Assembly: GCA_038063755.1 (NCBI GenBank)
Contig: JBBTUL010000011.1
Span: forward strand, 3,946-67,945
Reading direction: 5' to 3'
From: Patescibacteria group bacterium
GTDB taxonomy: Bacteria; Patescibacteriota; Minisyncoccia; UBA6257; 2-01-FULL-56-20
Length of the DNA stretch: 64,000 nt
Shown here: piece by piece, positions 44,929 through 54,680 of the stretch
Layout of the letters: each line of letters opens with the position of its first letter
How positions within the stretch are numbered: the first letter of the stretch is position 1
The notes under the pieces: model-generated
Database searches by the model: none
Told to the model about the DNA's origin: nothing
What the model saw: only the letters and a program-made list of their open reading frames with translations
Program-made: the position numbers and the translations under genes

Positions 44929-45632
44929 GCAGAGGCTTCGAAGAGGTGAAAAGGAGTCTTCCGAATCAACCTTTCGCAGAGGACCTGGTTTGTTTCATTG
45001 TGTTCGGATCAAGCGTGGTAAACGCCAACATGGAGAAGGCTCCCGATGATGTGGATGTTTGCGTCGTTGCGAGCAACCGCAGGGCGGATCTGCGCCAGAT
45101 TTCGGAGTTTATATTTGATAGTTTCGAAAAGCCAGACTTCAGAATATATTTTCAAGATGAAATAGACAGCGATCTGCAATTTATGGATGTCGGGATTGGT
45201 GTTTTTGCGATGGAATACTTTGCGAATGGCATTACCTTGTTCGGAGAAAATATTTTTATTAAGAAACTGCCTCAAATCAGCAAACTGAAGTTGAAGGAAA
45301 GCTATTTGAATAAAATCTTCGAGTATATTATACGAATCCGGGTGGCCTACATTGCAAAGACTTCAACATATGAGTATAAAATGTGGCACATCTATAAGTA
45401 TGTGATACGTCTCTTGATAGACATTCTGTTATACAACGACTATATCGTTTACGGCGATCTGAAAAAAATGACAAAAATGGAGATTATCGACCTGTGCAAA
45501 AACAAGGGAATTATACGGAAAGATGTGGAAATCGATTTTACCAACCTAGAAAAAATGTATAAATTGTTTGAGGAAGTGAACTTGTATGTCGTAAATGCCC
45601 ATACCCGCCCCCGAAACGAAGGCTTACTCTAG
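44925..45632 (+). CDS. Pol-beta-superfamily nucleotidyltransferase (ANT/Lnu-like architecture)
   Basis: FGSSVVNANMEKAPDDVDVCVV is the hG[GS]...D.D NTase signature, followed by a helical C-terminal domain. ATGA overlap with the upstream NUDIX stop. Strongly AT-rich. Confidence 0.6.
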   Translation: MSRGFEEVKRSLPNQPFAEDLVCFIVFGSSVVNANMEKAPDDVDVCVVASNRRADLRQISEFIFDSFEKPDFRIYFQDEIDSDLQFMDVGIGVFAMEYFANGITLFGENIFIKKLPQISKLKLKESYLNKIFEYIIRIRVAYIAKTSTYEYKMWHIYKYVIRLLIDILLYNDYIVYGDLKKMTKMEIIDLCKNKGIIRKDVEIDFTNLEKMYKLFEEVNLYVVNAHTRPRNEGLL

Positions 45633-45677
45633 CGTTTCCTTCTGGATCGGTATGCCGACAGATGATATACTGAAATC

Positions 45678-46820
45678 ATGAGGAAAATCATAATATTTGG
45701 AGTTTTGGCGGGGTTCCTGCCGGTCATGGCACTCGCCGCGTATGTGGGAGCAGGGGAGAGTGTCATGGTTCCTCCGCCGCTTGGCGGGGCAGAGCCTGTA
45801 GTTCAGAACGCTTATCTTGTGGGCGGAACGGTTAACGTCGCGAATCCCGTTCGGGGAGATGTGGTGACTGCCGGAGGTACGATTGTTGTCTCCGGAAAAG
45901 TGGAGCAGGATATTTTTGCTTTCGGTGGCAATATAAGCATGCTCGGCATTTCTGCCGAAGACATCCGCACTGCCGGTGGTAACATCACTATTGGCGGAAA
46001 GGTGAGCGGCGAAATTCTTGTGGCGGGAGGACAGATTATGATAACGCCGGACACGACCATTGCCCGAGATTCATACATTGCGGGAGGCACGCTCGTTTTT
46101 TCAGGAACTGAAAATGGCAATCTTACCGCGGTTGGTGGTAATATCCGTATTGACGGTGTGGTCAATGGCAATCTCTTGATCAAGCAAGCGGACAAAGTTA
46201 CTTTCGGACCGCAATCGGTTGTGAAGGGTACTATCGAATATTTTGCGCCTGCGGAGGCGACGATTCTCGATGGGGCTCAACTTGCAACCGCGCCGGTGTT
46301 CCATGAGATAGAAAAAAATCGCGCTGCTGGTGCGCGCCCGCGGCTCTTCGCCGCATTCTTTGGGATCGCGATCTTTTTGAAGGCGCTCGCTCTTCTCGGT
46401 GCCGCGTATCTTCTGTGGTATTTACGCCGTCGCGACATGACAACCGCGATCGAGCAGGTTTACGGGCATTTTTGGAGCGTACTGTTCCGAGGGTTTTCAG
46501 TGCTTGTCCTCATTCCGGCTGCAAGTATCATTCTCTTATTTACTGTCATTGGATGGATTCCTGCGGCGGCAATGCTCGCCGTCTACGCCGCACTCCTTGT
46601 TCTTGCGGCTCCGGTTGCCACGATAATCGCGACCTCGTTTCTCATGACGCTTCTAAAGAAGAGCCGTACGGATCTTGCCTGGTATCACATTCTTGGAGGA
46701 CTTGTCGTCGTGAAGCTTGTCGTGGTTGTTCCGGTGGTGGGTTGGCTTATCTGCCTTGTGATCTACCTAGTGTCTCTCGGCGCGGTGGCGGGCATTGTGA
46801 AAACAAAGTTTTCGGCATAA
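45678..46820 (+). CDS. Secreted/membrane protein with bactofilin-like beta-helical G-rich repeats and C-terminal multi-TM domain
   Basis: Signal peptide, then ~10 repeats of (V/I)xGx(V/I)xxAGGx(V/I). Then 4 TM helices. Confidence 0.55.
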   Translation: MRKIIIFGVLAGFLPVMALAAYVGAGESVMVPPPLGGAEPVVQNAYLVGGTVNVANPVRGDVVTAGGTIVVSGKVEQDIFAFGGNISMLGISAEDIRTAGGNITIGGKVSGEILVAGGQIMITPDTTIARDSYIAGGTLVFSGTENGNLTAVGGNIRIDGVVNGNLLIKQADKVTFGPQSVVKGTIEYFAPAEATILDGAQLATAPVFHEIEKNRAAGARPRLFAAFFGIAIFLKALALLGAAYLLWYLRRRDMTTAIEQVYGHFWSVLFRGFSVLVLIPAASIILLFTVIGWIPAAAMLAVYAALLVLAAPVATIIATSFLMTLLKKSRTDLAWYHILGGLVVVKLVVVVPVVGWLICLVIYLVSLGAVAGIVKTKFSA

Positions 46821-46851
46821 AAGTAAAATCTTCGATATGAAGGTGTAAGCT

Positions 46852-47274
46852 ATGGAAAAGATCATAAAAGAAAAATATAAAATAGCAGTTATCGAAGATG
46901 AAGAGATTTTATCCGAATCAATTTCAGGAGAACTCGAAGATGATGGCTTTCTTGTCGTCAAGGCGTTTGATGGAGAGAGCGGGCTCGAGCTCGTACGTAA
47001 GGAAAAGCCCGACCTCATTCTGCTTGATATCATCATGTCGAAACAAGACGGATTTTATGTCCTAGGAGCAGTGAGAACAAATCCGGAATGGAAACCAGTC
47101 CCCATCATTGTGCTCTCAAATTTGGGCGGCGATGCGGAGATCAAGAGGGCGCTTGCGATGGGAGCGGATGATTATTTTGTAAAATCCCAACATCCCATCG
47201 AGATGGTGGTCGAGAAGGTTAAAGAATACCTTGAGGGAGGAAAGTCGATCAACCCCCCGAAGATTGGAACATAA
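46852..47274 (+). CDS. Single-domain response regulator (CheY-like receiver)
   Basis: IAVIEDEE, phospho-acceptor DLILLDIIM, and T/K positions conserved. 140 aa, no output domain. Confidence 0.85.
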   Translation: MEKIIKEKYKIAVIEDEEILSESISGELEDDGFLVVKAFDGESGLELVRKEKPDLILLDIIMSKQDGFYVLGAVRTNPEWKPVPIIVLSNLGGDAEIKRALAMGADDYFVKSQHPIEMVVEKVKEYLEGGKSINPPKIGT

Positions 47275-47600
47275 TGCCACTTCCTATAATACAAGTCGGG
47301 ACACTCTTGTTAGGAAGTAGCGGCGTAGTCTTATGTTTACTCCTTATTCTAGCGGGAGGATTTGGTATCGGAATGTGGTTCAGCAGAAAAAGGCAGAAGG
47401 CGTTGGTTCTGCGAACGGAATTCGCTGAATCAGAAATCACCAAAATGTTCAAACTCATTACGGATGATATCGAGGAACTTTCCCGATCGCTTAAAACTTC
47501 CTCGGGCGCTGATGACGACTATGCGTTCGAACGGCTTAGGTCTACTGTCAAAAAAATGGAACTGTATCTTAAACAAGAGGTCGGAAACATAAAAAAATAA
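47274..47600 (+). CDS. Small bitopic membrane protein with coiled-coil tail
   Basis: One TM helix plus a charged helical tail. Start overlaps the receiver stop (TAATG). Confidence 0.45.
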   Translation: MPLPIIQVGTLLLGSSGVVLCLLLILAGGFGIGMWFSRKRQKALVLRTEFAESEITKMFKLITDDIEELSRSLKTSSGADDDYAFERLRSTVKKMELYLKQEVGNIKK

Positions 47601-47637
47601 CACCTCGCGAGGACACCTCATATAACTATTCACGATT

Positions 47638-49293
47638 ATGAAGTTTGACGACAAAAAAATAAAGCAGATCCTCTTAAAAGAAAACTACGTTACCGAAGAA
47701 GATATTCGAAATGCAGAAAGTTTTACCAAAACACATCCTGTCTCGTTCACGGAGTATTTACTCAAGGAAAATCTCATCACCAAGGATCTCTTGGGGCAAA
47801 CGATCGCCGAATCGTTCGGCCTTCCGTATGCGGATCTTAACTTGCGTCCGGCAACGACCGAACAGGTTAATGTACTGCCGGAAGATATTGCGAAGAAATA
47901 TCGTCTTGTGGTGTTCTGGTGGAACGACAAGCGGGTCATTATAGCAACCGATGATCCTGGGCAACCCGGCGTGCTCGCGGCCGCGGCGCAGTTATATCCA
48001 AAGCGCGCGGTCTCTCTTGCGTACGCGTTACCAGAAGACGTTAATGCGGCATTTATTTTTTATCAAAAACCGCTCGAAACTCGCTTCGGGAAGATTATCG
48101 AGGGTCAGGGACGAATTGCTCCGGAGCTTTTGGAAGAAATTTTTGGGGACGCGATTGCGTATCACGCCTCTGATATCCATTTTGAACCTCAGCAAAAAAA
48201 TGTGCTTGTGCGATTTCGCATTGACGGAGTTTTGCACGTAGCCGGTAGGATCCCCAAAGAGTATTATGAGAATATTCTTAATCGCATAAAGGTGCAAAGC
48301 GGCCTGCTCATTGATGAACACTTTGCGGCTCAAGACGGTTCGCTTCGATATGAAAAAGACGGCTCAGCAATTGATATGCGAATTTCAATCGTGCCGACCA
48401 TTGAAGGCGAAAAAGCCGTCTTACGTATTTTAGCGGCGTATGCTCAGGGGCTTAACCTTTTAGACCTTGGACTTTCTCCATTGCATCAAGAATTACTTAA
48501 GGCATCTGCCAAAAAACCGTTTGGAATGATTCTCGTTACGGGGCCGACGGGTAGCGGAAAAACGACAACCTTGTACGCGCTCGTAAAACTCGTGAACAGC
48601 CCGGACGTGAATATCACCACCATCGAAGATCCGGTGGAATACAAGGTGCTTGGCATAAATCAAATACAAATAAATCCTCAGACTGATCTTACTTTTGCCA
48701 AAGGCTTACGCTCTATTGTGCGCCAAGACCCGGATATTATTCTCGTGGGCGAAATTCGAGATAACGAAACAGCAGAAATATCAATCAATGCGGCTTTGAC
48801 CGGACATTTGCTATACTCCACTTTTCACGCCAACGACTCCGCCGCGGCAATTCCCAGACTTCTTGATATGGGAGTTGAGCCGTTTCTCCTCGCTTCCACG
48901 CTTGAGGTGATCATTGCGCAACGGCTCGTGCGCAAAATTTGCGATCGTTGTCGTTATGGCGCGGAGAAAAAAATCGGTGATTTTGATACGCCACAATTTA
49001 AATCTGCCGCGCGTTATTTTCCCGAAGAATCCATAACGCTTTATCAAGGCAAGGGGTGCGCGTCGTGTAGCAATACGGGCTACCGAGGAAGAACTGCGAT
49101 TTTTGAGTTCATCCAAATTACTCCCGATATGCAAAATCTTATTTTACGCTCGCCGTCTTCCCAGGAAATCTGGTCTTTGGGGTGCAAAGAAGGTGCGCAA
49201 TCGCTTTTTGAAGATGGAATTCTGAAAGTAAGAGCCGGTATCACGACACTCGAAGAACTACTTCGCGTCGCTGAGCCGCCACAACAAAAATAG
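47638..49293 (+). CDS. pilB: Type IV pilus assembly ATPase PilB (GspE family)
   Basis: N-terminal GSPII_E_N-like domain, Walker A GPTGSGKTTT, Asp/His boxes, tetracysteine motif CDRC...CASC. Confidence 0.9.
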   Translation: MKFDDKKIKQILLKENYVTEEDIRNAESFTKTHPVSFTEYLLKENLITKDLLGQTIAESFGLPYADLNLRPATTEQVNVLPEDIAKKYRLVVFWWNDKRVIIATDDPGQPGVLAAAAQLYPKRAVSLAYALPEDVNAAFIFYQKPLETRFGKIIEGQGRIAPELLEEIFGDAIAYHASDIHFEPQQKNVLVRFRIDGVLHVAGRIPKEYYENILNRIKVQSGLLIDEHFAAQDGSLRYEKDGSAIDMRISIVPTIEGEKAVLRILAAYAQGLNLLDLGLSPLHQELLKASAKKPFGMILVTGPTGSGKTTTLYALVKLVNSPDVNITTIEDPVEYKVLGINQIQINPQTDLTFAKGLRSIVRQDPDIILVGEIRDNETAEISINAALTGHLLYSTFHANDSAAAIPRLLDMGVEPFLLASTLEVIIAQRLVRKICDRCRYGAEKKIGDFDTPQFKSAARYFPEESITLYQGKGCASCSNTGYRGRTAIFEFIQITPDMQNLILRSPSSQEIWSLGCKEGAQSLFEDGILKVRAGITTLEELLRVAEPPQQK

Positions 49294-49316
49294 CAACTGC
49301 TCTGTGTCTCTATTGT

Positions 49317-50408
49317 ATGCCGCAGGAAACATTACAGCGTAAATTTTTCAATATCGGCCTTGGCAGAGAACGGGAGTATTTTGTTGAAAATCTAAGTACG
49401 TTGGTCGCCGCTGGCATGCCGATCCTAAACGCGCTCGATGCCATTGTAAAAGGACTACGTTCACGCCGTATGAAGCACATCGTTGCTCTTATCCGGGATG
49501 ATATTGAATCCGGTTCGCCGATCTGGAAAGCGCTTAAGAAAACGAACCTATTCGCTGATCACGCCATCTCGCTCGTCCGGCTCGGCGAAGAAGCGGGAAG
49601 ATTGGCCGAGAACCTGAAGGTGGTCGCGAGCGAACAAGAGAAAGGGAGAGTTTTTCGCTCCAAGCTTCGTTCGGCAATGATGTATCCGGTCTTCGTGCTT
49701 TCACTCACGGTTATTATCGGCGTGGGTATTGCCTGGTTCATATTGCCCAAATTGGCGCTTGTATTTGCCCAGCTTCGAATAGAGTTGCCACTCATCACCA
49801 GGGTACTAATCGGAATCGGCATTTTTCTAAACAACTACGGGCAGTATGCCGTGCCTGCGGCCATCACGGTGCTCGTCGCTTTATTTTATTTTGCGTTTTT
49901 ATCTCCCAGGACAAAAGATATCGGTCAATTTATTTTATTTTCTTTGCCCGGCGTGAAGAGGCTTATTCAGGAGGTGGAGTTGGCGCGATTCGGTTATCTT
50001 TTGGGAACGCTTCTCGAAGCGGGCTTGCCGATCACACAGGCGCTCGGTTCGCTCGCAAGCGCGACCGAAATTCCGCAATACAGAAAACTTTACGCGTACC
50101 TTCACGATTCAGTGGAAGACGGCAACTCGTTCCAGAAAAGTTTTACTTCATTTAAGCACGTCGATCCCCTTATCTCCGTGCCCATACAGCAACTCATCAT
50201 CGTCAGCGAACAAGCCGGTACGCTTTCCAAAACGGTGCTCAAGATAGGCCAAATATATGAAACAAAGTCCGACACCACCGCAAAGAACCTCGCCGTCATT
50301 CTTGAGCCGATACTGCTTGTCATCGTGTGGCTTGGAGTCGTAGCTGTGGCGCTGGCAGTCATTCTGCCTATTTATAGTCTCATTGGCGGATTTAGTCCCA
50401 ACAATTGA
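49317..50408 (+). CDS. pilC: Type IV pilus platform protein PilC (GspF family)
   Basis: Two GspF repeats and three TM segments. Confidence 0.88.
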   Translation: MPQETLQRKFFNIGLGREREYFVENLSTLVAAGMPILNALDAIVKGLRSRRMKHIVALIRDDIESGSPIWKALKKTNLFADHAISLVRLGEEAGRLAENLKVVASEQEKGRVFRSKLRSAMMYPVFVLSLTVIIGVGIAWFILPKLALVFAQLRIELPLITRVLIGIGIFLNNYGQYAVPAAITVLVALFYFAFLSPRTKDIGQFILFSLPGVKRLIQEVELARFGYLLGTLLEAGLPITQALGSLASATEIPQYRKLYAYLHDSVEDGNSFQKSFTSFKHVDPLISVPIQQLIIVSEQAGTLSKTVLKIGQIYETKSDTTAKNLAVILEPILLVIVWLGVVAVALAVILPIYSLIGGFSPNN

Positions 50409-50412
50409 TCAG

Positions 50413-50856
50413 ATGAAAATTTGTAAGACCGGGGGCTTTACTCTGCTGGAAATAGTTCTCTCCATCGCGACGATTACGATTATTGCCGGAATTTCCATTC
50501 CCATCTATCAATCGTTCCAGGTTAAAAATGATTTGGATATTACCGCGAATACATGGGTCCAAACATTGCGGCGAGCCCAAGTACTTTCGCGCGCAGTTGA
50601 CGGAGACAGTACCTGGGGAGTAAAAATTCAACCCGCCGGTTTGATTTTATTTAAAGGCGCGAGTTACGACTCACGCGATGCTACCTTTGATGAAATTTTT
50701 ATGGTGCCCACGAGCATCAGCGCCTCCGGCATTACCGAAATCGTTTTTGCAAAGTTCACCGGCAACCCGCAGGCAACCGGTACCACAACGCTCACGGCTT
50801 CGACTGCCGAAATTAGGACGATTAACATAAATGAAAAAGGTACGCTTACATACTAA
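50413..50856 (+). CDS. Prepilin-type (minor) pilin
   Basis: MKICKTGG|FTLLEIVLS: class III signal with Glu+5. The ORF opens at 50383. Confidence 0.75.
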   Translation: MKICKTGGFTLLEIVLSIATITIIAGISIPIYQSFQVKNDLDITANTWVQTLRRAQVLSRAVDGDSTWGVKIQPAGLILFKGASYDSRDATFDEIFMVPTSISASGITEIVFAKFTGNPQATGTTTLTASTAEIRTININEKGTLTY

Positions 50857-52591
50857 GAAAGGCTTCAGTATTATTGAGGCGCTTCTCGCGGGGGCACTTT
50901 TTACGCTCATAGCCTCTGCTTTTATCGGAGCCGTCGTGTACGGCGAAGAAAGCACCCAGCTTTCGGGCGAATTGAGCCGAGGGGCAACTATTGCAGAAGA
51001 GGGAATAGAGGCGACTCGGAATATTCGAGATAACGCTTTTTCTAGCCTGACTGCCGGAAATAACGGCCTCGCGATTTCCGGAAATCAATGGATTTTCTCA
51101 GGAGTACAGGATGTCGTCGATATCTTTACCAGAAAAATTAATGTCGCTCCCAATTCGCTTGGGAGCGGGTCAAGGAGTGTGTCAGTGTCTACCACATGGA
51201 CACAAACACAGCAGAGAGGTGGTTCGATAAATATTTCTTCGTATCTCACCAACTGGCGCGGCTGCCGGGGAGGAATACTTGTCTACGGCGATGGTGGCGC
51301 GACAACTGACGCCATAAAATATAAAACCCTGAAGGGAAATGATGCCAGCGACTGTACTTGGAGTTCGGCCGCGTCCGCCGCGGATGTGGATACCGGCACT
51401 ACTAACAAAAGCCTTCGGGCGGTTCAGGTTTACGCCTCCTCCAATCGCCATGAAAAAATAATGCTCTCTCGCCATTACAATGGAACTACGCAGTATATAT
51501 ATGCGCAGGTTTTTGACGGCACTTCCGGCACATGGGGCAATGTCCAGTTGCTTTCCAGCTGGGCGGCGGCAACATTCTTAGATGTCCAAAATTTTAGCGG
51601 AACATATTTGGCGAACGGTGATTTTATGGTTGTTTATTCAGACAACGGCACCACTCCGAAATCCAGAACTTGGGACGGTTCGTCGTGGTTAGCACAAGTC
51701 TCAATGCCGGACATGGGTGGTAACCCAAACTACATTGTCGTGCGCGCAAGACCAGGTACCAACGAAGTGATGGCTGCCTTTTTTGATCAGTCGAGCGATA
51801 CAAATACAGAGTATTTCAATGGTGGAACGTATGCTACGGCAAATTGGACACTTCATACTGAACATGCAAGCGCGGCTCCGAATAACACGCAATGGCTTGT
51901 TGATTTTGCTTGGAGCCCTAACAATTCTCTTAAGGGCGGATTAATTTACTCCGATGCCGGAACTGACAAATCGCTTGATATTAAAATATGGACTGCGGAT
52001 GGTTCCGGTGGTGGATCTTGGAGTGCGGTTGTAAATAGCACTAATCAAGCAAGTAACCTCGGTCCGATGGCAATACGTGGACGACCGGGAATGGATGAAT
52101 TTGTAGCCTGTGATAAAGACGCCGGGAACCCTCCAAGAGTTATATGTTATAACAGCAATTTCACGCCAACGTGGACTAATCCGACCAACAACATAATCGT
52201 TGATGGAACAGATGCAGGCATACAGCGCAGTTTTGATATCGGTTTTGAATCAGTTTTCGGAGATCCGGCTGTGGCTGTTTATTCCGACCGAACACTGACC
52301 CCAAAGCTTAAAAAGTATACTGCCTCGACTACGACGTGGGATCTTAGCGCCACAAATTTGAGTGTGATTGACGCGGCTCTCGCGACTGTCCGCATAACTC
52401 CCTACCCAAACACGGATGAAATGATGATTCTCCTGGGTGATGTTAACTCTCGTTTTTATAGTGTTGTTTGGGACGGGGACAATAATGTCATCTACACTAC
52501 TCCCGGCGGATATGCATTTGCCGTTCATGGCGTCAATGGTTCAATAGTCGAGACAGATTATTGGTATGACTTCGCATGGGACCTTTATTAA
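50831..52591 (+). CDS. Giant pilin-like protein (586 aa) with prepilin N-terminus and WDG(S/T)xW repeat domain
   Basis: MKKVRLHTKKG|FSIIEALLAG prepilin signal. The body contains repeated ...TWDGSSW..., ...DGTSGTWGN... units. Confidence 0.75.
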   Translation: MKKVRLHTKKGFSIIEALLAGALFTLIASAFIGAVVYGEESTQLSGELSRGATIAEEGIEATRNIRDNAFSSLTAGNNGLAISGNQWIFSGVQDVVDIFTRKINVAPNSLGSGSRSVSVSTTWTQTQQRGGSINISSYLTNWRGCRGGILVYGDGGATTDAIKYKTLKGNDASDCTWSSAASAADVDTGTTNKSLRAVQVYASSNRHEKIMLSRHYNGTTQYIYAQVFDGTSGTWGNVQLLSSWAAATFLDVQNFSGTYLANGDFMVVYSDNGTTPKSRTWDGSSWLAQVSMPDMGGNPNYIVVRARPGTNEVMAAFFDQSSDTNTEYFNGGTYATANWTLHTEHASAAPNNTQWLVDFAWSPNNSLKGGLIYSDAGTDKSLDIKIWTADGSGGGSWSAVVNSTNQASNLGPMAIRGRPGMDEFVACDKDAGNPPRVICYNSNFTPTWTNPTNNIIVDGTDAGIQRSFDIGFESVFGDPAVAVYSDRTLTPKLKKYTASTTTWDLSATNLSVIDAALATVRITPYPNTDEMMILLGDVNSRFYSVVWDGDNNVIYTTPGGYAFAVHGVNGSIVETDYWYDFAWDLY

Positions 52592-52671
52592 TATATGGGC
52601 CACACCGCATATATTCTCATCCGCTCGAAAATATTTTAGCAAGCTAAATATTTTTCTCACTCATTTCGATT

Positions 52672-53127
52672 ATGAAAAAACAAAAAATCAAAATTAATTC
52701 CGGGTTCACACTTATCGAATTGCTCCTCTATGTAAGTTTGAGCGGGATAATTCTTCTTTCCACTTCTATTTTTTTGACATCACTCTTGGAAGCGAGGGTC
52801 AAGAATCAAACGATTGCGACAGTAGAACAAGAGGGGGCTCAAGTGATGGAAGCAATCAATCAAGCGGTCCGAAACGCTACCGCCATAAATTCGCCGGCAA
52901 CCGGAATGAGCGCCACGTCACTTTCAATTAATACAACCATACCGGCGAACAATCCTACTATTTTTGATTTATCGAGTGGTACTATCAAAATCCAAGAGGG
53001 AGCTGGGCCGGCGGTTTCGCTTACTTCCAATCGGAGTATTGTCTCCGGTTTAAACTTCCAGAATCTAACGAAGCCATTCACGTCAGGAAATATCCGAACA
53101 TTATTTATACTTACTCATATTCAATAA
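52672..53127 (+). CDS. Prepilin-type pilin
   Basis: MKKQKIKINSG|FTLIELLLYVSLS. Confidence 0.8.
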   Translation: MKKQKIKINSGFTLIELLLYVSLSGIILLSTSIFLTSLLEARVKNQTIATVEQEGAQVMEAINQAVRNATAINSPATGMSATSLSINTTIPANNPTIFDLSSGTIKIQEGAGPAVSLTSNRSIVSGLNFQNLTKPFTSGNIRTLFILTHIQ

Positions 53128-53139
53128 ATAACACCCAAC

Positions 53140-54207
53140 ATGAACCCGAAATTAAAAAAATCTAAAAAATGGTTTGCGCCCACTGGATTTTTTTTAGCAC
53201 TCTTTGTTGCGGTATTTTTTATAGCCAACAACATTATAGCTGCCGATGGATCGGGGACAAATACGGTAAGCCCGACCTCCGCAACCACAAGTTCTGCCGG
53301 CAACATTTTTAATTTCACCTTTACCGCTGCGGAAACAATGGATAGCGGCGAAATTAACCTTTTGACTCCGACCGGATGGAGCGCTATGCAGGGTGTTAGT
53401 GGAACTGCAGGATATACGACCGCCGCATCAACTGGCATGATTGCTAATGTTTTGGATAACGCGGATAGTATTACTGGCTGGTCGGCTGGCACCCAATGTG
53501 GCGGCGGCTTAACTTCGGATACGACAAATAAACAAGAGGGAACCGCTTCTATCAACTGCGCTGCCAACAACGAGGCTCTCGGTGATGTCTTTTATAAAAA
53601 CATTACCGCCCAGAATTGGTCTGGTTACACCAAGGTTGGTTTTTGGATACGTTCCGGTAAAGCTTTGGCCGCCGGCAATCTTCAATTCTCCTACGACGAC
53701 AGCAGTAATCTTGCCAGCCCAATTGAAAACATATCGGTTCCGGCCATCCCCTTCAATAGCCCATGGATGTATGTCGTTTTAGATTTAGGAGCTACCACCA
53801 GAACTTCGGTTGTAAGTTTTGGGTTCCGGAATAACACCGGCGGTGGGCCGTTGGACTTTACGACGTTTCGTATAGACGACCTACTAATAGGCCCCGGATC
53901 GCTCTCTTTCCCTGGCGGTGGTGTTGTCGGTGCCAGACTGCTTCAATTGTCAAACACCCAGACCGTAACAATCACGTATGGCTCCGGCGGGGGATCAAGC
54001 GGCGTCACCGCGCCGGCAATAGTGGGAGCGGCTATGGCAACTACCACGAATAGAGTTTCAGATGCCGGAACACTGACTAATGTAGGTACCCAACCAACGC
54101 TAACTGCGATCGATCCTGCCTCCACGACCACCTCTACTGCGCCGACTATTGGCCGATACGAATATATTTATTCAAGAACTTTTTCCGGCGACGCAAGCCT
54201 TAGATAA
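53140..54207 (+). CDS. Secreted Ser/Thr/Gly-rich protein in pilus locus
   Basis: Sec-type signal peptide, no Glu+5. T/S/G-rich body. Confidence 0.5.
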   Translation: MNPKLKKSKKWFAPTGFFLALFVAVFFIANNIIAADGSGTNTVSPTSATTSSAGNIFNFTFTAAETMDSGEINLLTPTGWSAMQGVSGTAGYTTAASTGMIANVLDNADSITGWSAGTQCGGGLTSDTTNKQEGTASINCAANNEALGDVFYKNITAQNWSGYTKVGFWIRSGKALAAGNLQFSYDDSSNLASPIENISVPAIPFNSPWMYVVLDLGATTRTSVVSFGFRNNTGGGPLDFTTFRIDDLLIGPGSLSFPGGGVVGARLLQLSNTQTVTITYGSGGGSSGVTAPAIVGAAMATTTNRVSDAGTLTNVGTQPTLTAIDPASTTTSTAPTIGRYEYIYSRTFSGDASLR

Positions 54208-54208
54208 T

Positions 54209-54592
54209 ATGAAAAATAAAGGATTTATAACCCTGGCAAGTGTTTTGGTTATAAGCGCAGTCGGTCTATCGATCGCGTTGTCCCTTGTACTGCTTGGCCT
54301 GGGTTCTTCACGAACCAGTTTCGCTCTTAATCAATCAATTCAGGCGAGGGGCCTGGCGAATGCCTGCGCCGAAGAATCTTTGCGTAAGGTTAAAAACTCA
54401 CTTCTCTTCGTGGGAACTTCAACCCTAACCTTACCCGGGGGCACCTGCGTGTATGCCGTTACGAATACCGGCGGTCAAGCAAGAGCCATTACCACCTCGG
54501 GCCAGGTCGGCGCCATTATCCGCAAGGTCAATATATCAATTAGTCGAATTACACCATTTATTACCGTTACCTCTTGGCAGGAATTGCCATAA
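54209..54592 (+). CDS. Pseudopilin-like minor pilin lacking Glu+5
   Basis: MKNKG|FITLASVLVIS. The ORF opens at 54149. Confidence 0.55.
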   Translation: MKNKGFITLASVLVISAVGLSIALSLVLLGLGSSRTSFALNQSIQARGLANACAEESLRKVKNSLLFVGTSTLTLPGGTCVYAVTNTGGQARAITTSGQVGAIIRKVNISISRITPFITVTSWQELP

Positions 54593-54680
54593 TTTCTGAA
54601 AAGTTTTCCTTAATGTATAATTAAGGAGGGTAAAGGTCGTTCTTAAGCAACCACTTAACTAATTAACTAAAGAGCAGCAC

